Source: an uncultured Acidobacteriota bacterium | Lineage (GTDB): Bacteria; Acidobacteriota; UBA6911 | Assembly (NCBI GenBank): GCA_963827655.1 | Contig: CAWHCF010000002.1 | Span: forward strand, 128,001-192,000 | Direction of reading: 5' to 3' | Length of the DNA: 64,000 nt | Shown: positions 61,661 to 64,000 of the stretch, in pieces | Position numbering within the stretch: the stretch's first letter is position 1 | How the letters are laid out: every line of letters starts with the position of its first letter | Notes under the pieces: model-generated | The model's database searches: none | What the model was told of the DNA's origin: nothing | Seen by the model: the letters and a program-made list of their open reading frames with translations, nothing else | Program-made: the position numbers and the translations under genes

Positions 61661-63685
61661 TTAATAATTCGAAACTTCCAGGGCTTGAGGCAGGCTGTCC
61701 GCCTGGCCAAGATTGGTGGAATTTCCGTACAGGTTGTAGATTTTGCGAGTATAGCTGAAAGCTTCGGGAAGATTCGTCAAACAGACGATCCGTCTGGGTG
61801 CAAAGGCTCCTGCCACCTCGGGAATATCAGTAAGCCGCAGGATATTAAGGAGCGCCGGCCTCTGCCAGTGAGATGAAGGCGGATCGTTGAGAATCACTTG
61901 CTTGACCCGCTCGTCGAAGAGACCCGCATAGAGGGCGAGAATGCCCATCTCTCCCTTGCCATAAATGGAAATCAACGGAGGGGAAATCTTTTCTTCGCCG
62001 GTTACCCACTCGATGGCGCGCAAGATATCCCAGATCTGCATGGAAGCTGTGGTCCTGCCAATCCAGGAGGCGGTTCGTTCAATTTCCGCGTACTGAAAGG
62101 CACTCACCGGATGTTCGGTCAAACGGGGGTTCAGGATCAGGACATTAAACCGGCCCAACAGGGGCAGGAGTTCGTCCAGATCAAGGAAATAGTGGGAATC
62201 GCCCGCACGCTTCACATAGATGAGAAGGGGAGAGCTGCCTGAACGAACTCTGGGCCTCAAGAGTTGAGCCCGGACTCGCACCCCCGACTCGCTGCTAAAC
62301 TCAACGTCTTTGTAATCGGCGTAACGGGACGCCCATCCACCTCGGTTCTGGCTCACTTTGGTCTCGAAAGGCGCTTTCGTACGAGGAAACCAGCGAAAAG
62401 TCCGTTCTCTAAGACCCTGCAATAATTCCTGGCGACGGTTATTCCACTCTGCCAGAGAAGGCCAACTCTTCAGAGTTGCTACAGGAATGAGCTGATTGTG
62501 GATACTATAGTTAGTGGCATCCGGGGGCAATTTGGATAGGCAAGCCAGATCTTCCGGTGTTTCTTTGCCCACGGGTTCCACTTCCGGAGAATCGCTCTCA
62601 TTCTTCAGCCAACGTTTCATCCACTGGCGTGCTTCCTTAAGAAAGAGCGGAACATCGCTATGCCCGACGTCGGCGTCTATTTCCTTAACTCGGTCTGACT
62701 CTCCGCGAGTTCCGGCGTAGAGATCATAAACTCCCTTCACCTTTCGAAACACCTCATGATAGCCGTCGGGTGGAAAATCCGGGTCCTTCCGACCACTCAT
62801 CATGATCAATGGACGCGGTGCTATTAACGCACCGACGATGGGAAAATCTTCCAGATAAGTATTGTGGAAATATATACAATCGCATTGTCCCGCCGCGACC
62901 CAATGGGCAGCCTGTGATCCGAAGGTAAACGTAGAGCAGACCGGAGCCGCTGCCTGAACTCGTTCATCTACCGCGGCCGTATACCACGTAGTAGCCCCGC
63001 CACCAGAAATGCCGGTCATTCCAATCTGCTGTTTATTGACTTCCGGGCGAGCTTCCAAATAATCCAGGGCGCGTATCGCATTCCATACTTCAGTCCCTGC
63101 CGGCGTATATCCCAAAGACAACCAGTGCCACATATTCAAGTCATGGATGCCATGATGGATGCCTGCCACTTCGCCGAATTCGAGCGTGTCCAGAATCAGA
63201 CAGGCATAACCGTTCGAAGCAAACCAGATTGCCCGATCCTGGTAATAGGATTTCGCCCCTAACGGATGGGGCGAATGGCCACAGACGTAAAGAATCGTAG
63301 GTAGAGGATAAGGATGCTTTGTGGGAAGATAAAAATTACCCGTTACATAGAGCCCCGGCAGGCTCTGGAAGACGATTTTTTCAATGGTGTAATCAGGCCG
63401 ATTGATTTTCCCTGTGATCCGCGCATTAAGCGGCGTGCGTTTTGGCAGGGGGTCTAACCCCAGCATGTAAAGCAGCTGCTGACGCAACACGAGTCGCTGC
63501 TCCTTCCAGGCTTCCAGGCTCTTGATCTGGGTTAGAGAATGAGTGGAAATCTCGGCGGCGGTTTCCTTAAGGTAATTGAGAAACAGTCGGTGTCGATTGG
63601 CGGCATCTTCCTGAGCCAGGACCAAGGTACACAAGAAGAGACTCATCACAGGAAGGACCAGGTGCCTGATGGTTGTGGTCTTCAT
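61661..63685 (-). CDS. Secreted alpha/beta hydrolase (acetyl-xylan-esterase/dienelactone-hydrolase-like, two-domain)
   Basis: Signal MKTTTIRHLVLPVMSLFLCTLVLA; FQSLPGLYVTGN, CGH, RALDYL, nucleophile elbow GISGGG, APRP. Confidence 0.85.
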   Translation of the reverse strand: MKTTTIRHLVLPVMSLFLCTLVLAQEDAANRHRLFLNYLKETAAEISTHSLTQIKSLEAWKEQRLVLRQQLLYMLGLDPLPKRTPLNARITGKINRPDYTIEKIVFQSLPGLYVTGNFYLPTKHPYPLPTILYVCGHSPHPLGAKSYYQDRAIWFASNGYACLILDTLEFGEVAGIHHGIHDLNMWHWLSLGYTPAGTEVWNAIRALDYLEARPEVNKQQIGMTGISGGGATTWYTAAVDERVQAAAPVCSTFTFGSQAAHWVAAGQCDCIYFHNTYLEDFPIVGALIAPRPLIMMSGRKDPDFPPDGYHEVFRKVKGVYDLYAGTRGESDRVKEIDADVGHSDVPLFLKEARQWMKRWLKNESDSPEVEPVGKETPEDLACLSKLPPDATNYSIHNQLIPVATLKSWPSLAEWNNRRQELLQGLRERTFRWFPRTKAPFETKVSQNRGGWASRYADYKDVEFSSESGVRVRAQLLRPRVRSGSSPLLIYVKRAGDSHYFLDLDELLPLLGRFNVLILNPRLTEHPVSAFQYAEIERTASWIGRTTASMQIWDILRAIEWVTGEEKISPPLISIYGKGEMGILALYAGLFDERVKQVILNDPPSSHWQRPALLNILRLTDIPEVAGAFAPRRIVCLTNLPEAFSYTRKIYNLYGNSTNLGQADSLPQALEVSNY

Positions 63686-64000
63686 TGCGAATAGCCTGAA
63701 ATCCAGAGACTCTGCGAGTGTGGCCCGTTTGGGGGTAGAGCCATGGATCATCAAGGATCAGCTAATTAATTGTCAATGGGGATCCATGGCTTGGTCACTG
63801 ACGCAATTGAATAGGGAGTGTCGACTGTTGCCGGCACGCGGGCTTCGCGATCAGCAAAACCAAACCCCTCGCTCCACAGGATTCGACCGCCGCGCGCCAC
63901 GGCGACGACCAATGATGGAGTCGCCCCGTCGGCCACGATCTTCCGGATCTTCGCGCGAAAATCTTCAATGTTGAGCTGCTCGCGCTGGCTCGGCGCGAGT

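Overview
GC-rich bacterial DNA, most likely Acidobacteriota. The evidence is four Oar-like TonB-dependent receptors with carboxypeptidase-regulatory N-domains, a TIGR02999-type ECF sigma factor paired with a Ser/Thr kinase, and a multiheme-TPR protein. Many genes are broken by single-base indels that look like long-read assembly errors, so several CDS below are stitched from more than one ORF. The left 19.6 kb is a co-oriented minus-strand locus: GNAT - DUF6916-like - GNAT - three tail-collar (MdpB-like) paralogs - PRMT-like methyltransferase - two giant tandem surface proteins (FG-GAP-like/CSLREA/beta-helix/HYR/DUF11). These are followed by an ORF missed by the ORF track, in which a histone-fold-like domain runs into a multi-pass membrane sensor. 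This phage-free collar/modifier/adhesin locus is the best candidate for an undescribed system. The rest holds TonB-receptor/hydrolase cassettes, an OmpA protein, a complete nurA-herA-sbcD-sbcC operon, a PQQ dehydrogenase-cytochrome c fusion, ECF-STK, a C69-like peptidase, a heptaheme-TPR protein, an O-methyltransferase and hydrolases. There are at least three families of interspersed repeats/MITE-like elements. No rRNA, tRNA, CRISPR array or intact transposase was seen. Family assignments come from motif recognition only; no database searches were run.
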